Assembly: GCF_009834535.1 (NCBI RefSeq) | Contig: NC_045697.1 | Location: 82,090,001-82,154,000 of the forward strand | DNA: 64,000 nt | Origin: Camelus ferus | Taxonomy: Eukaryota | Direction of reading: 5' to 3' | Shown here: one piece after another, positions 1 to 14,482 of the stretch | Layout: every line of letters begins with the position of its first letter | How positions within the stretch are numbered: position 1 is the first letter of the stretch | Program-made: the position numbers and the translations under genes | Notes under the pieces: model-generated | The model's input: only the letters and a program-made list of their open reading frames with translations | Database searches by the model: none | What the model was told of the DNA's origin: nothing

Positions 1-134
1 ATCCATGAAGATTCCAAAATTGAGTTAAATGATGATGAAATAGATTTTAAAAAGTAAAATGTAAAAAATAAGTGTCACATCTGGGAAATACCTACAGTGT
101 GGTGGGAAACTAAAAAATTAACTTAGGAGAAGAG

Positions 135-3100
135 ATAGAGATGGTGAGCAAGAAGATGCAGAACTCACCTCTCTCTCTCTAGGAATACATCAAAACTACG
201 TCTGCATGCAGAGTAGTTCTCACTGAAAACTAACTGGAGACTGGCAAAAGACTCTTATACAACCAAGCTGTAAGAAAGAGTCACACAGAATTGGGTCGAA
301 ATGGAAGAGAAGAAATAGACTGGGACCTGTGCCCCTGGAAGGGATCACAGAAGAGGAGGAAGATTGTATGAGGAGAGATCCTCCCTGGGGAATGAGTAGT
401 TCAAGCCACATGTTGGGTGTCCCAGCCCTGGGGTCTGACACTGGAAGGATAAGTCCCCTTAGCTGATTTGAAAACCAAGGAGACTAACAGGAGGACTGTG
501 AGATATCTAGAATCGGCTCATGAAGAGCACACATAGACTTGTTTATTCCCAAAACAAGGCAGAGGAAGCAGACCAAACCTACACAGGACTCTGGCTGGTT
601 TTTTTGCAACGTCACCCAGGTGGGCACCACAGCCTGATCCAAGCACCCATTCCAGCCCCCTGGGTCCACAGTGCAGCTCCACATTAGGGTAAAGGCTTCC
701 ACAGTCAAGCAGAGTGCTCATTTGTGAGGGGCACAGCCAGCTTGGGCCCAGAATTGCATCTGAATGGGTGGGAACAGCCATTATGGGTGCTTACAGAGGC
801 AGCACATCAGAAATAATCTGGAGCTCTGACTGGGGCCAGGACTAACAAAGCCCAAGCTCTGACTTGCCCCAGGGGCCCGTTGTGGCCAGTCTTGCTATGC
901 AGTGCAGCTTTACACTGGGTTGAGGCCTGCAGCAGTCCAGGGGAGTGCTCAATTATGAGGGACAGAGCTGGCTCTGACCTGGAACAGCATATGAATAGGG
1001 TGGAGGCAGCCATCGCTATCAATTATGGAGGCAGTGCATGGGGAGCCCAGGACTCTGACTGTGGACAGGACTGTCCCAGCCCATCCCTTGACCCAAACGA
1101 AGTGCTTGCTGCAGCCTCTCTTACTCTACCTCTGGTCCCCTGGGGACTAGATGCTGTTGATGGGAGCAGGGAGAGCATACACTTAGAGGAAACAGAGCCA
1201 GCTTGGATCTGATCCTCAGGGCTTCTGCTTCAGCTTCAGCAACTTGGAAATTAACAGTAGACTAGGTGATATAGAAGAATGTATAAGTGATTTGTATATA
1301 GAATGATGGAAATCAACCAATCAGAGACACAAAAAGAATAACAAATAATAATACAAAAAAGAGAACAGTTTAAAGGACCTCTGGGACAATACCAAGTGTA
1401 CCAACATTTGCATTATAGGGGTCCCAGAAGGAGAAGAGAGAAAGAGAGGGGTTGAAAATGCATTTGAGGTAATTATAGATGAAAACTTTGAGAACTTGAA
1501 GAAGGAAACTTGAAGAAGAAAACAGGTATCAGGTACAGGAAGCACATAGGATCCCAAACAAGATGAACCCAAAGAGACCACACCTAAACAAACAATTAAA
1601 ATGACAAAAGTTAAAGAGGCAGCAGCAGAAAAAGAAAGAATCCATACAAGGGAACCCCAATAAGGCTATCAGCTGGTTTTTCTACATAAACCTTGCAGGC
1701 TGGAAGGGAGTAGCAATATATATTTAAAGTCCTGAAATGGAAGAGCTTGCAACCTAGGATACTCTACCCAGCAAGATTATCATTTACAATTGGAGAGAGA
1801 AAGAACTTGACAGATAAGCTAAAACAGGAAGAGCTCAATTCTAAACCTATCCTAAAAGAAATATTAAAGCATATTCTCTTAGTTGGGGGAAAGAAAAAAG
1901 GATAGAAGAGGGTATCTGTAGGAAAGGAAAATCCTACTAGTAAGGTCAAATATATTGTAAAGGCTAAGGATCATAACTTAAGTAAGTGAGTATGATGATA
2001 AAAAAAAAAGCCAAATCAACTGTATTTACAATAACCAGAGAATGGATAAACATAAAGAAGTAATAAAGATATAAAATATGACAGCAAAAACATAAAATGT
2101 ATGGGAGGGGAGTAAAAAAGTAGATCTTTTCAAATGTCTGTGGACTTAAATAACTACCATTTTAAAACAAGTAGATATGGTAATAGGTCAACATGTATGA
2201 ACCCCATGATAACCACAAATCAAAAAGCTATAGCAGATACACAAAACTAGAGAGAAAGAAACACTAACATGTCACTAAAGAAAATCATCAGTCCTTATGG
2301 GAAGAAATGAAGAAGAACAGAGAAGAACTACAAAAATAGCCAGAAAAGCAAGTAACAAAATGGCAGTAAATATCAATATTTATCGATAATCAGATAATCA
2401 TTCTAAGGGTCAGTGGACTAAATGCACCAGTGAAAAGACATAGGGAGACTGATTAGATCAATGAAACAGAATAGAGAGCCCCCAAATAAACCCTTATACT
2501 TACGGTCAGTAAATCTACCAAAAAGAAAAGAATATACAATGGGGCAAACCAGTCTCTTTAGTAAGTGGCACTGGGAAAACTAGTAATATGTGAAAGAATG
2601 AAAATAGAACATTTTCTCCTACCAGATACAAACATAAACTCAAAACGTTTAATCCTAAATAGAGACCTGAGTATAAGACCAGAAACCATAAAACTCCTAG
2701 AAGAAACATAGGCAGAAGACACTTTGACATAAATCGTAGCAATATTTTTTTTGATCCGTCTCCTAAGGCAGAAGAAATGAAAGCAAAAATATACAAATGC
2801 AACCTAATTAAACTAAAATGCTTTTGCACAGCAAAGGAAACCACTGACAAAATGAAAAGACAACCTGTTCAATGGGAGAAAATATTTGCAAATGATATGA
2901 CCAAATAGGGGGTTAATTTCAAAATATAGAAACAGCTCATACAACTCAATATCAAAAAAAAAAAAAAAAAGTAAAAATTGGCAGAAGGCCTGAATGGACA
3001 TTTTTCTGAAGAAGATATACAGATTTCCAACAGGCAGACAAAAACAACACTCAGCATCCCTAATCATCAGAAAATTTCAAATCAAAACCACAATGAGATA

Positions 3101-3855
3101 TCACCTTATACCTGTCAAAATACCTATCATCAAAGAGTCTACAAATAAGAAATATTGACAAGGATGTAAAGAGGGAGGTGAGAATGTAACTTGGTGCAGC
3201 TGCTGTGGAAAATAGTATGGAGGTTCCTCTAAAATAGTAAAAATATAATTATTGTATGATCCAGCAGTCTACTCCAGGATATATATCCCAAGAAAATGAA
3301 AACAGTAATTTGATAAATTGCATGTACCCCCACATTCATAGAAGCATTATTTCAATTGTCAAGATATGGAAGCAACCTAAGTATCCATCAACAGATGAAT
3401 GGATAAAGAAAATGTGGTATTTATATGCAATGGAATATTTTTCAACCATAGGAAAAAAGAAAAAGAAATTCTGCCATTTCTAACAACATGAATGAACCTA
3501 GAAGGTATTATGCTTAGTGAAATAAGTCAGAGAGAGACAATTATTGTGTGTTATCATTTATATGTGGAATCTAATATATAAAGCAAACAAATGAATAGAA
3601 CAAAACAGAAACAGGCTCACAGTATACGAGAACAGAATGATCATTACCAGTGGGGAGAGGGATGGAGGAGAGGTGGGGTAGAAGTAGTGAATTGAGAGGT
3701 ACAAACTACTATGTACAAAATGGATAGCCAGCAAGGAAATATAGCCATTATTTTTGGTGACTTTAAATGTAGTATAATCTATACAAATTTTGAGTCGCTA
3801 TATTCTACACCTGAAACTAATACGTTATAAATCAACTGTTCCTTAGAAAATAATT
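135..3855 (+). mobile_element. LINE-1, 5'UTR to 3'UTR, with large internal deletions (decayed ORF1 and ORF2)
   Basis: GC-richer 5'UTR at about 140-1240. ORF1 remnant DLWDNTKCTNICIIGVPEGEER at about 1376-1441. ORF2 start-like sequence (GLNAPVKRHR) at about 2415-2444. ORF2 C-terminal motifs (NRIESPQINP, IWKQPKYPSTDEWIKKMWY), then a typical L1 3'UTR. Many stops and frameshifts. Confidence 0.93.
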
Positions 3856-4424
3856 TTAGAAGTTTAATCAAATAAATTAACTCAATTTGTCAGTTCCTTG
3901 GATTATTTTAAATTCTTGACCATGACAAGCCAAATCTCCCCACTTAAAAGAGACCCAGTCAAGTCATATAACACTTTTTGTTAAATTGGATTCTTGCAAA
4001 ATATGCTACCCATGTTGATTGTAAATCAGTTGGCTCTTATGCCAGACCTCTAAAGTTAGAATGGTTTGTGATGATACTGCTTCTTTTTAGAAATAGTGAC
4101 TTTGGAAATATATACAAAATACCACTATCAAAATAGGTGTGTCCCAGAAAAATATGTGATCTGTAACATTAGGTTTCTAAACTTGTTTAGTAAGATTTAT
4201 TACCATTAGAATGATTATTTGTGTTTTCTTTATTTTAACTCTTTAACAGAAAATAAACATTACATTTGTGATTTTAAATTAAAAGAGATTTATTCAAAAC
4301 ATTTGAATATAAATTACTTAATGTGAAAATGTTTGAAAACATCCTCAAAATTATAGATCATTCTCAAATGCATACTCAATGATTATAATAATAACCAGAC
4401 TCCTTTTCCCTTCAATTCACCACT

Positions 4425-5000
4425 TGAGATAGGCAGAACTCTAAGATGACCTCTACTGACATTTGTTCTTCTGTAAACCCTTCCGCTTTTGTGTGTTTGG
4501 AACCTATGAATATGAGACATCAATTGCTAGATTATGGTAAATCATGGCAAAGGGGAAATCACACCATGTGGACTTAGCATTACCTGAGCCCTTTAAAAAA
4601 GAGTTTTCTCTGGTAGCAGAAGAGGAACTCAGAGATTTGAAACACAGTAGGGTTTGACTTGCTCTTGTGACTTGAAAATGAAGGGGGCACGTGGGAACGA
4701 ATGTGAGTAAGCTATAAGAGAGGAGAACAGCTGCTGGTCAACAGCTGGCAAGAAAATTGGCCCCTGAGTCCTCTGACCACAAGGAGATTAATTCGGTCAG
4801 CCACAAGTGAACTTCAAAGAAGACCCTGATATAAACTGCAGCCCTAGCCAACAAGTGAGTTCATCTCAGTGAGACCCTGAGCAGAGAATCCAGCCAAGTC
4901 ATGCCAGATTTACAGACAGGAAATGTGCGATAAAAGAGTATAGTGATTTAAGCCATGAAGTTTGTGGTAATTTGTTACACATCAGTAGAAAATGAATCTA
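4425..5000 (+). mobile_element. MaLR solo LTR (MLT1E-like)
   Basis: Start aggcagaactctaagatgacc, internal gagaccctgagcagagaatccagcc, end aagtttgtggtaatttgttacac..agtagaaaatgaat; these resemble MLT1 LTRs. Confidence 0.85.
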
Positions 5001-7118
5001 TTCCTAGAGTACATCTCAGAAAATGCTAGATCTGATCCTTTAAAGTCATTTTCCATCCACCGAAGAGTTAAGAGGAGGATACTAGTTCAGCAGGAATATT
5101 GACTAGAGGGAACATAATCAGAAAAAGATAAAATTTAAAGACAAAATGGAGTGACAGCAATAAGATTATCCATTAATCTGGTTGGCAAATTAGTTTTTCA
5201 AGACCTGGCAAGAGAGGTCAAGATGAATCTTCTTAAACATAGGCATCATGAATTTCAGAGGGTCTTCTAAAGAGGAATGTGTTCCAACTCCTGATTGTAT
5301 AGCATTTAACATTTCCTGCAGTGACCACAACACCTTGGATTTAGTAGCAATAAAAATTTGTACAAGATGTAGCAGTGTTAGCATTTATCAGTGTGGCTTT
5401 CTCAGTTATGATTTGCAACACTTGGCCTTAACACACATAATTTTCTTCTATTTTATCTCACGTGGGTAGGAAAATTAACCTTAGCACCTGTAAACACAAA
5501 AAATGTTTTTTTAAACAAAAGCAAACAAAAGCACAGCCTGGTGAGAATTACACCTTTGAATCTGAGGGTCACAGAGTGCAGCCAGGAATCAAGCACTAAA
5601 TATGGTGTGTATTCTTGCAAAAAAGTGATAAACAGGCTGTGTGACAAATCTCCATTACACAGTTAGGACAAGCATAATATAACATGCATTTTTTCACTGA
5701 ATGTAACAGTAAACACTTTAGAAAAAACTAGAGATGTTGCTGGAAACTGCCATGATTGTTCAAATTGGTTAGGAAATAAATTTATGATAGGATTTGCGCA
5801 CCATTAGTGGGAAGAAATTTAGCAGACAATGAATCTGTAGTTATGATTATATAAAGTTGGATCTGATTTATAAAGCTTTTTAGGGTTGGTATTTAAGACA
5901 AAAATTTTCTTTAAAAGATCTATAGTTCTTTGCCCATCTAAAGAAAGCACAAGAAATAATCCTTAAAATTGTATGAGAGGAAATTAATTATTTTGATTAG
6001 TTAATACATTGTTGCTGTTGAAAGAATAGTACTCAGAGAAAAATTACATTTTAGCGAGTTTATATTCCTAAATATTTTCAAAATGGCCAAAATTACCAAG
6101 TAGATTTTCAGAAATCTATTTAGGGAATAACAGATTCCTCAAATGAATGGTCAGTGTGTATTTATAGTCCTTCCAAAATAATGATATCCTAACTATCAAA
6201 ACACAATCTTTATTTCAGCAATTAGAATATATTCTGTTATCAGTGATTGACATTTTAGAATAATTTAGGAAATTACATGTAAATAATGATTTGCAGTTTG
6301 GAGAATAAAGAACTGAGATACTCTAACACATATAATTTGGAAGGTTTTCCATTTCTTAGCATCTTAATTCTTTTTATTTAAGGAAAAAGTATCTAATGGC
6401 TTTATACTAATAACAATCAAGCATTTATTCAAGAAGTCTGAACATTGAGAAACAACATACTTCAGGTGGAAAGTACTGATTATAAGCAGCCTGCTCGAGA
6501 ATGTTCAGAAACAAGGATTATATGCTAGTCAGACTAATAAACATTTTAAGGCCACCAAAAGGACTAACAAAGTATGAGAAGCTCTTGGAAGATTAACTAT
6601 AACACTGAAGCACTAAATAAAATGATTGTATAAAATTACTATCTTATGCCTGGTGCAAAGCAGATACACAAAAAGAATTATTTTCTTCTTCCATTCTAAC
6701 AAACTTAATTTTATACATTCCTTAACTTGTCAATTGAATGTGCCACAAGAGAGTCATGTGAAACTTAGTACAAAGGACTAAGACAGATTCAGGCACTTGA
6801 TCTTACCGCATATTCTGAGAACTTGGACTGCTTGATTGTCATTCCTCTATCCAGGATAAAAATAAAATTCTCATAAAGACAATAGATAAATTATCTGATT
6901 CCTCTTTGCAATTTAGAGCTTACACTTGATTTTTTTTCAGATTCTTCTATCTACATTATTTTTTTTTAAATGTATTATAGTCTAGCTGCTGGAAAAGCCA
7001 AAATTTTCCAGTATCAAGTCATATCAGTATTGAATTTCATGCTCTCTGCTCTCTTTGTTATAAAAGAAAGACAATATTAATATATTAGGCAAAATAAAAT
7101 CTAACTGCCTATTTCCTG

Positions 7119-7150
7119 AACAGGCAAACTAATCAACAGGCAAACTAATC
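7119..7150. repeat. Perfect 16-bp tandem duplication
   Basis: aacaggcaaactaatc occurs at 7119-7134 and 7135-7150. Confidence 0.9.
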
Positions 7151-7445
7151 ACTTAGACTCTCCATAACAGGATGACTTCCTATCTCATATAAAATGTAAA
7201 AAAAAAAAAAAAAAAAAAACAAAAAAAAACTATTCGAAGTGATATAATGGAGATACGGGTTTTATTCTAAATCTAAAACAAAAAATAAAAAAAACAAACA
7301 AAAAAAAACCTTCTTAACTCTTCCCCTGTAAATAGAACGTATTTAGAGTTGAAGGAGGATATGCTTTGCCTGCAAGATAGGGTGGCTTTCTCCATGAAAG
7401 CAGAGCTTTCTACATGGCAGCAGAAATAAAGAGAACAATCACTTT

Positions 7446-8020
7446 TGCAAACAGGTTCCCAGATGAGCCAAATAACTCAGCGACATGGTTTTGGAGCTTA
7501 GAAGAAAGGAGACAGCTTTATTGCTTTGCCAGGCAAAGGGGACTCACAGCAGGCTAGTGCCTTCAAAACTGTGAGCCCATCTTAGGGGATGGGGCAGGGT
7601 AATTATATAGCCATAGCTTAAACAGTAAAACATCGATAACAGTCAACAGAATTATTTTCTTCTCATAGACTCAGAGTGGCATCATGGTGTCTCCAGGTGA
7701 CCAGTAGAGGCTAGTGGTTGCTCTTCGATCTCTTTATCTTATAAGCACCCAACGCGTGGTCTTCTCGGTAATTCAGGCTATTTTGTAAGGTTGGAGTCCC
7801 GTGACCTTCTCCCTGGAGATCAACTCAGAGATCAAGCATGATTAATACTTTTGATTACTGGAATAAAGTAGAAACAGTAAAATTAGTAGCTTTATTTTAA
7901 CAATGGGCCAGGAGGTGTGAGTAACAACTGGCCAGTCAGGTTAGTTGACTGTTTTAAGGGCAAGCATAAGAATAAGCAATCTGTTAGCCTAAGTGCGGCC
8001 ATTTTATTAATTCTCCTTCA
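7446..8020 (-). mobile_element. ERV solo LTR (lineage-specific, family uncertain)
   Basis: GC and CpG shift. Minus-strand AATAAA (tttatt at about 7517) lies downstream of a TATA-like motif (about 7604). The minus strand starts TGAAGGAGAATTAATAAAATGGCCGC. The left boundary is approximate. Confidence 0.7.
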
Positions 8021-11000
8021 TGACTACTAGAAAACAACAGGCAAAAACTTTTTCCACAGAAGACAAATTCTAGCTGGCATTAATTATCATCTATGTATGT
8101 GTATATAAAAGGGAGAAGAAGGGACTCAAACATGTATCTAAGTGACTTCTCTCCCAGGGAGGTGGGGTAGATGCCCTCCCATTTCTTCAGAATGTTCCCC
8201 AACATCTGGAGGATGCACTAGAGTCCCAACTAAAATTGAGTGACATTTCAGTTTTCAGGTTCAAGAAAACTATTCTTTAAATAATCTCCTTAAACAATTT
8301 AACTAGATAAATCTGTTTTATGTCAAATCTAGATTTCTTAGGATGTATTTCAGAAGGAATGGTAACAAAATAAAAATTGCTTGCTAGGATGTAAATGTGT
8401 GTGGGTTTAAAAAATATACATGTCATTGCTAATTTGGGGATGAAAAGGGACATCACTTTGTTTTATTTTGTTTTCTTTTTAACTATAGCTGAAAATAATA
8501 AGCTTTACCCAAGTGTTGTTTTCCTGAATTTTCATTCTGTTACAGTACTTCGCAGTATGCCTTAAAGGACTAACCTCATTGCCTTAGTCCCTCCGAGCTG
8601 GAAGAGAGAAAATTATGTAAAGCCTGCATTTTGTATCCAAAGAGAGGTCTAAATCATTTTAATGCAATGTCATACAATTTTCATGGTGTCTTTAAATTTA
8701 ACTGATGCTACTGAAAGTTGACATCTCACTGTAAAGGGCCAGTTTCTCTTCACAGCCAGCTTTCTTCTCAGGAAGCAGGCTTCCCCAATCAGGCTTCACT
8801 TTCATTTGCTTTGTCAAGTGAAAAACAAAACAAAACAGACAAAACAAAACAAAAAGACTTTTTTTTTTCTCCACGATAAATAAGAAAGTCTTTTCAAGTG
8901 GAAAGACTAAGATTGGGTGCACAGAATACATTATCATGTCAATAACATGCTAACATTGTGGAGGCAATAGCTTCTAAACTACATGGGGTAAACAGTTCTG
9001 CAAGGTAAATGTCATGTTACTCAAAGATAATATAAGATATTTGGATAAAATAAGGAAACAGAGACACAAGTTTTGGAAATCTTTATAGAATGACATGTAC
9101 TGTGTCTCCTAACAACTTATGAACCAAACTCAAAAACTGGTTAAATGATTAATTAATATGCATTTGTGATCCACTGAGACATAGTAGTTATCTTTTGGGA
9201 AGCAGAAAGTTGCTTAGTTCACTTAATCATAGCTATTTAAAACATGTCCTCAGTAATTTTTAAGATATGCTGTAATATGTGAGTAGAAGAAAACCCCCAT
9301 CTCCCTCTCTTAGAAGAAACCGTTTTTACATTTCTCTGGGTATCTTGCATATAAAGTTATTGCTTTAGATAATGTATTTTCTTAAACATCCTTATTGAAC
9401 ATTTTAAAAACTTTATTAAATGATAAAATATTTTAAAATAACAGTTTTAATATTCATTCCTTGGTTATTTGTAACCAATTACTTATTTTTAAATATACAG
9501 ATCAATTGTCTAAAGTATTTACCCAACCCTAGTAACTCACATTCTTGATAACTTTTCTGTTCAATGCAAAAGTTATTTTATAACATAGGCTATAAAAATA
9601 TAATAGCAAATAATTCATAATACAGATCTTTTATTGTCTATATAGTAATAATACTCAAATTTGTGTTTTGATTTATAGACTTATTCCAAAACATCCTCAT
9701 AAGTTCACCTGCTAATTCTGCATTCTCAAATGAAAGACGCCTATTGGAATCTCAATCTTAATACATTTGAACCAGAATTTGTGATACCACCCTGCACCCT
9801 GCCCAACAACTTGATTATCCCCATATCCTTCCCACTTGAATACTTAACACCTCCAAATCAAAATCTGTAAAAAGCCCCTTGATTCCTCTTAGGTGTTCTC
9901 CATATTTTTGAAGTAATACTTTGTAATACAGTGATTTAAGTGACTACATATACACGTAGATTTTTCAATGCTTGTTTTCAATGTTTACAGAGAAGAAAAA
10001 GATAACTTATCAAAATATGTTGATCTTAAAGGAATAAGTTTGTCTTGGGCGGCATGAACTGAATTATGATAGTTCATTTTCAATCACAATATTCACTTGT
10101 TAAAAATTTAGCTCATAAATTTTCATCTTCAGTGATATCAGTCACTTTTAAAACCCAATCAGTGTATATTATAATAATTTTGATAACTTTCCATGTGGAA
10201 AATGATTTAAATGGTTATTTAGAACATTTCTTTCTCAAGTTGTATGAAGTGTCATGAGAATTCTGTGGGTAAGATATTTATCTTATATTGGTAGCAGAAT
10301 TGCAGTGTGTGATTAACAGAAAGCTGACAAAGAACCAAGGTAAAGGATACAAGTATCTTTACTTTAGGTAGAGAACAGGGAAACGTAGCTGCAATAAGAT
10401 GAACAGCAGACGAGTGTACGCAACTCTGAGGTGCAAATTTTGCTGGCACTTCAAGGCACTTTGTTGTCCCTAGTGCTAATTCCACCTCCTAATGGAGATG
10501 AAGAAACAATATGCTCCCCTTAGGCTCATCCAGCCTCCTCTGGAAAGTTACCGCCTACAAATTCCTGGAAACAACCTCCTGCACATTCCACCCAGCCTGC
10601 AGTATGGATCAAAGGTTAATTTCCTGTTGGTTCTTAGTAGGCTGAAGCTTAAGAATACTTGAGTCTCTTCTAGGTGCTAGGACCCTTTCCAAATCACTAT
10701 TTTCAAATTTATGTCTTCACAAAACAAGTTCTATTTTAGAAGTAGTACCCTGGAACAGTTTAAGTGCATCTGTTTGTTTTTCAAAACGATCTGCTTGGTG
10801 ACATAATTCTGACATCTCATTATCATTCTAGCAAAGATGAACAGATTTTAGAATATATATTTCTATAAAATGTGTATCTGCTATGTACTTTCGTCAAGTG
10901 TTTGAATGAACTATGATCATCTCCTGTACTCCTTTGTAGAATTTTTGCATTGGCTAGGTTATGGATAATTCAAAGTATACATTGCACATGAAACATTATC

Positions 11001-11689
11001 TCTATGATCATACTCCAGAATATTTTTTATTAAAATTTAAGTCAAAATAGCTACTCTTTGAAAGTTAACACAAAAATAGCTTTTTTATAAAAACTGAAAT
11101 ATCAAAGTCTTTTAGTATCACTAAATAATAAGGAAGTACTCTATCACTTATAGTATTTATTTCATTATCCAAAAAAGCCTAATGCTTATAAAATAATAAA
11201 GTAATAAAATGTTTACTCTCATACAAATATAACCTCAACATTTTTGTTAAACTCATTAGCTATTGAGAGAAACAATGTTACAACTGATTCACAGGAGAAT
11301 CCAGAATGCCAAACAGACATAGCCAGGCAAGGAATATGACAAATTTCCAAATACAAGTAAAGTTGGCAAAGCCATCAATGTACCAAGAGCAATAAGCAAT
11401 TGTGTTACAATTGTCAACATTTGCATTTCTCAGGACAAGAATTATTTTTATTGCTATGTTTTATATACTTATAATTTAGAGATTGTAAATAGGTCAGAGA
11501 CAAGATAAGGCAGAGAACCTCAGAGTTTAAAAGAATACTCTGTAACTTTGTCATTTGCAGACTTTTCACAGTGTTTCCTGACACTAGCAAATACCAAAAA
11601 CTGATATATTTTAGGAAATCTCTATTTTCCAACAATTCCCTAACAAACCTGTCATGTAATATAATCCCCAAGGTATTTATCATATCTGT

Positions 11690-12600
11690 TGTTCTTGTGT
11701 GGGCTATTTCCAGATTTCAGTTTTTAATATTACTACAGTCAAAGTTTTATACTTGTATTTGATTCACATTTATATAAAATTTTGTTGGGTATGTATCTAG
11801 AAATAGGATTGCTGGGAAATTTGTATGCATGTATTTAGATTTAGTAGATATTGCCCAATAGTTTTCCAAAGTAACTCAGCAATCACAACAGCAGTATATG
11901 AGAGTTCCAATTTTCCCACAATCTTGACAATACTTGATACTGTCTTTTGGACTTTAAGTACTTTGATGGTTGTATATTAAGTTTTATGCTATCTTGGGGA
12001 AGTCATTTGGATAGGTTTTAAGTTAGTTTTCTTTGGTTTTCTAGGCTTGTGTCCATATTATTTACAAATAATTATGATTTTTTTACTTCCATCTTTTCAT
12101 TTCTTATATAATTTCTTTCTTTCTCTTTTCTAAGTTAGCTTACATCTCCAGAAAATGTTTAAGAGTAATTAAATGCTTCCACTGTTTTCTCATTTTACAT
12201 AAATTCATAAATATATACTTAAGTATATCATATTTATGTATATAATTTTTAGAATGTTGAATAAATATAGTTTAATTTCTCCATTATCCAGTAGTTTTAA
12301 CTCAAGAGGGCATACAAACTTTATCATATGACTTTCACCAAATGAAGAGGTGATTATAGTTTTTTTTCTTAGATATTAACATTGAAATTATATTTTAGTA
12401 TGTGTATTGATCTTTAAATATAAAGATAGGTTATGTTTGCCAATACTTTCTTATGATATTGCCCAAATTTAATCAATCAATTGGTCTTTAACTTTTTTTG
12501 TTCAACTTGACTTTTTTTTTTTTTTAAATTTCAATCTTATACTAAACTCATGGAAAATATTTTGGAAGTGCTTTTATTTTCCTATGCTTTAGAATAAAAT
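11690..12600 (-). mobile_element. Old degraded L1 (L1ME-like) ORF2 fragments
   Basis: gggtatgtatctagaaataggattgctggg and cagcagtatatgagagttccaattttcccacaatcttgacaa match antisense L1 ORF2 3' sequence. Confidence 0.65.
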
Positions 12601-13173
12601 CAACATATATTTGAGATGACTATTATAAATTCTTATTAAGGTATAAAAGTAACAGAAGTATTTTTGAGTTTTCAAGTACCCAACATTTTTTCTTAAATTT
12701 TCCAGAAGCATAAATACTTCTATAAGATGAATGAATAAACCAGAAGAAAGAAGTGAATTCATCTTTATCCTTGTTTCTTAGATGATTTAAAATAAATTAA
12801 ATCAGTGTCATTGCTTTCCTGCCATTTCAAACGCAGAAAATCCTTTAATTTCATTGTGTACTCTTCCTTACCTTAATGCTCTCTCTGACTTCTAATTTTA
12901 TCTGCTATTTATTTTACATGTCATCTCATTTACTGAGTGTGCTTGGCTGCTATATTTACCTTTCCATGTCTTTCTTTGCCAGTCTTCTAGGAGGACCATT
13001 GTAAGATGCACTCATTGGAATTTTTTGAAAAATGACAGTGTGAAATTCTATTTAAACATCATTGTTAACACAGATTTTTAACTAACTTTAGATGATATAT
13101 TTTCTATCTTTTCATCTTTTGTAAATGGTTTTGCAGGCTAATATATACATATTTTAAAATTTTCTCTCTTCCC

Positions 13174-13615
13174 TGTTAGGGTTCTTTTGCTGGGTCTGAG
13201 AAATTAATAGGAGAAAAGTTTACAAATTTATTTGATACGAATTTTATGTGACATGGGAGGCTTCATGAGAAATAAAGACTCAAACAAAAGGCAAAACCTG
13301 AATACTTTTATACTAGATTCAACAAAGAAAGGCAATTCTGGAAAAGTAGACTGTGTAGGGAAGTTAAAGGAAGACAAGAAAATTTTTAACAAAGTCTGTT
13401 TTTATGAAATTCTGCCATGGCTCCACCTAGGAGAAAGTTTCTTTTTTTCTGGTACAGGGAGGGCATCTTTTACATGAGAGTTTTTCTTCTTGTTTTCAGG
13501 AATAAAAAGGAAAATTAGAATGTTCTTGCATCTGTTCTTTTTCAAGTGCCTTTAGCTCAGAGTAATCCTTGAGCTAACATGACATATTTGGGGATAGAAT
13601 ATTCTCCACTCTTCT
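13174..13615 (-). mobile_element. ERV1-type solo LTR
   Basis: TG start, tttatt near the left end, and the motif ttcaagtgcctttagctcagagtaatcctt...catatttgggg that I recall from eutherian ERV1 LTRs. Confidence 0.65.
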
Positions 13616-14456
13616 ATGTCACTTTTAGTATTTTCAAAAAGGTTATATAATCCTGTTTAACTGTTTAATGTATACTGATTTTTCCAAATCCAGTTTGACA
13701 TCCACCTAAGAGCCTCTAATTCGATCTAGATTGGGTCTATGTTACCATGCTATGACCCTAATTTAGAAAAACATCAGTCCAACTATTGTGATTTTGTTGA
13801 ATTATATGATTAAAATTCTTCATTGGAATACCATATTCTGTGAGAAAAATTACGAGTTGTACACACTTCAACTCCAACTTTTAGTAGTATTTTTTTTTTC
13901 TTTAGAAGGCTTTCAAGAAATATTTGTTAATTAAGAACACATCTGAGAACTTTCTCAAACTTACTGACCTGATCACGGCCCTTCTGCAGTATGAATCTTA
14001 ACCTAGAACTCTTAGACTAAGAGGAAACATGGGAACCTTTAGAAAGCCCGTGAGCCAATTTTTGGAAAATGAAGTCTGCATCTGAAAATCTCTTTTCATG
14101 TCTCTGGGAAAGGAATGTATGACTCTGAAATATTTTGAGGGATCAACCTATATTTTCTAGGGCCTTGTTACATGAAAATTCCTTTCAAGAAATTAACTGT
14201 TGAAGACATTTTTTCCCCATGAAACATAAATGTAGGATTATCAGTGGGATCTACTGCGGTTGTACGAATGTGTTTCTGTTCTCCAAGTAGGAGTTCTGTG
14301 GAAATCATATACTCTTATTATATAAAGTAAAAAATTAAATTTAGTTGTGTAAAATGGATATAGTCTTGCAGTCCATATTTCTCTAGCTCGTTCATATGCA
14401 AGTGGTAAATGAGTTAATTATTTAATATAATTTGGAAGTCTCATTGACGTGTGCGT

Positions 14457-14482
14457 CACACACACACACACACACACACACA
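14457..14482. repeat. (CA)13 microsatellite
   Basis: Uninterrupted CA run. Confidence 0.95.

Noticed and set aside
220..1212. Cluster of overlapping ORFs
   Set aside because: Chance ORFs in the GC-richer L1 5'UTR.
7198..7310. Orphan A-rich tracts as retrocopy tails
   Set aside because: No recognisable upstream body or TSD.
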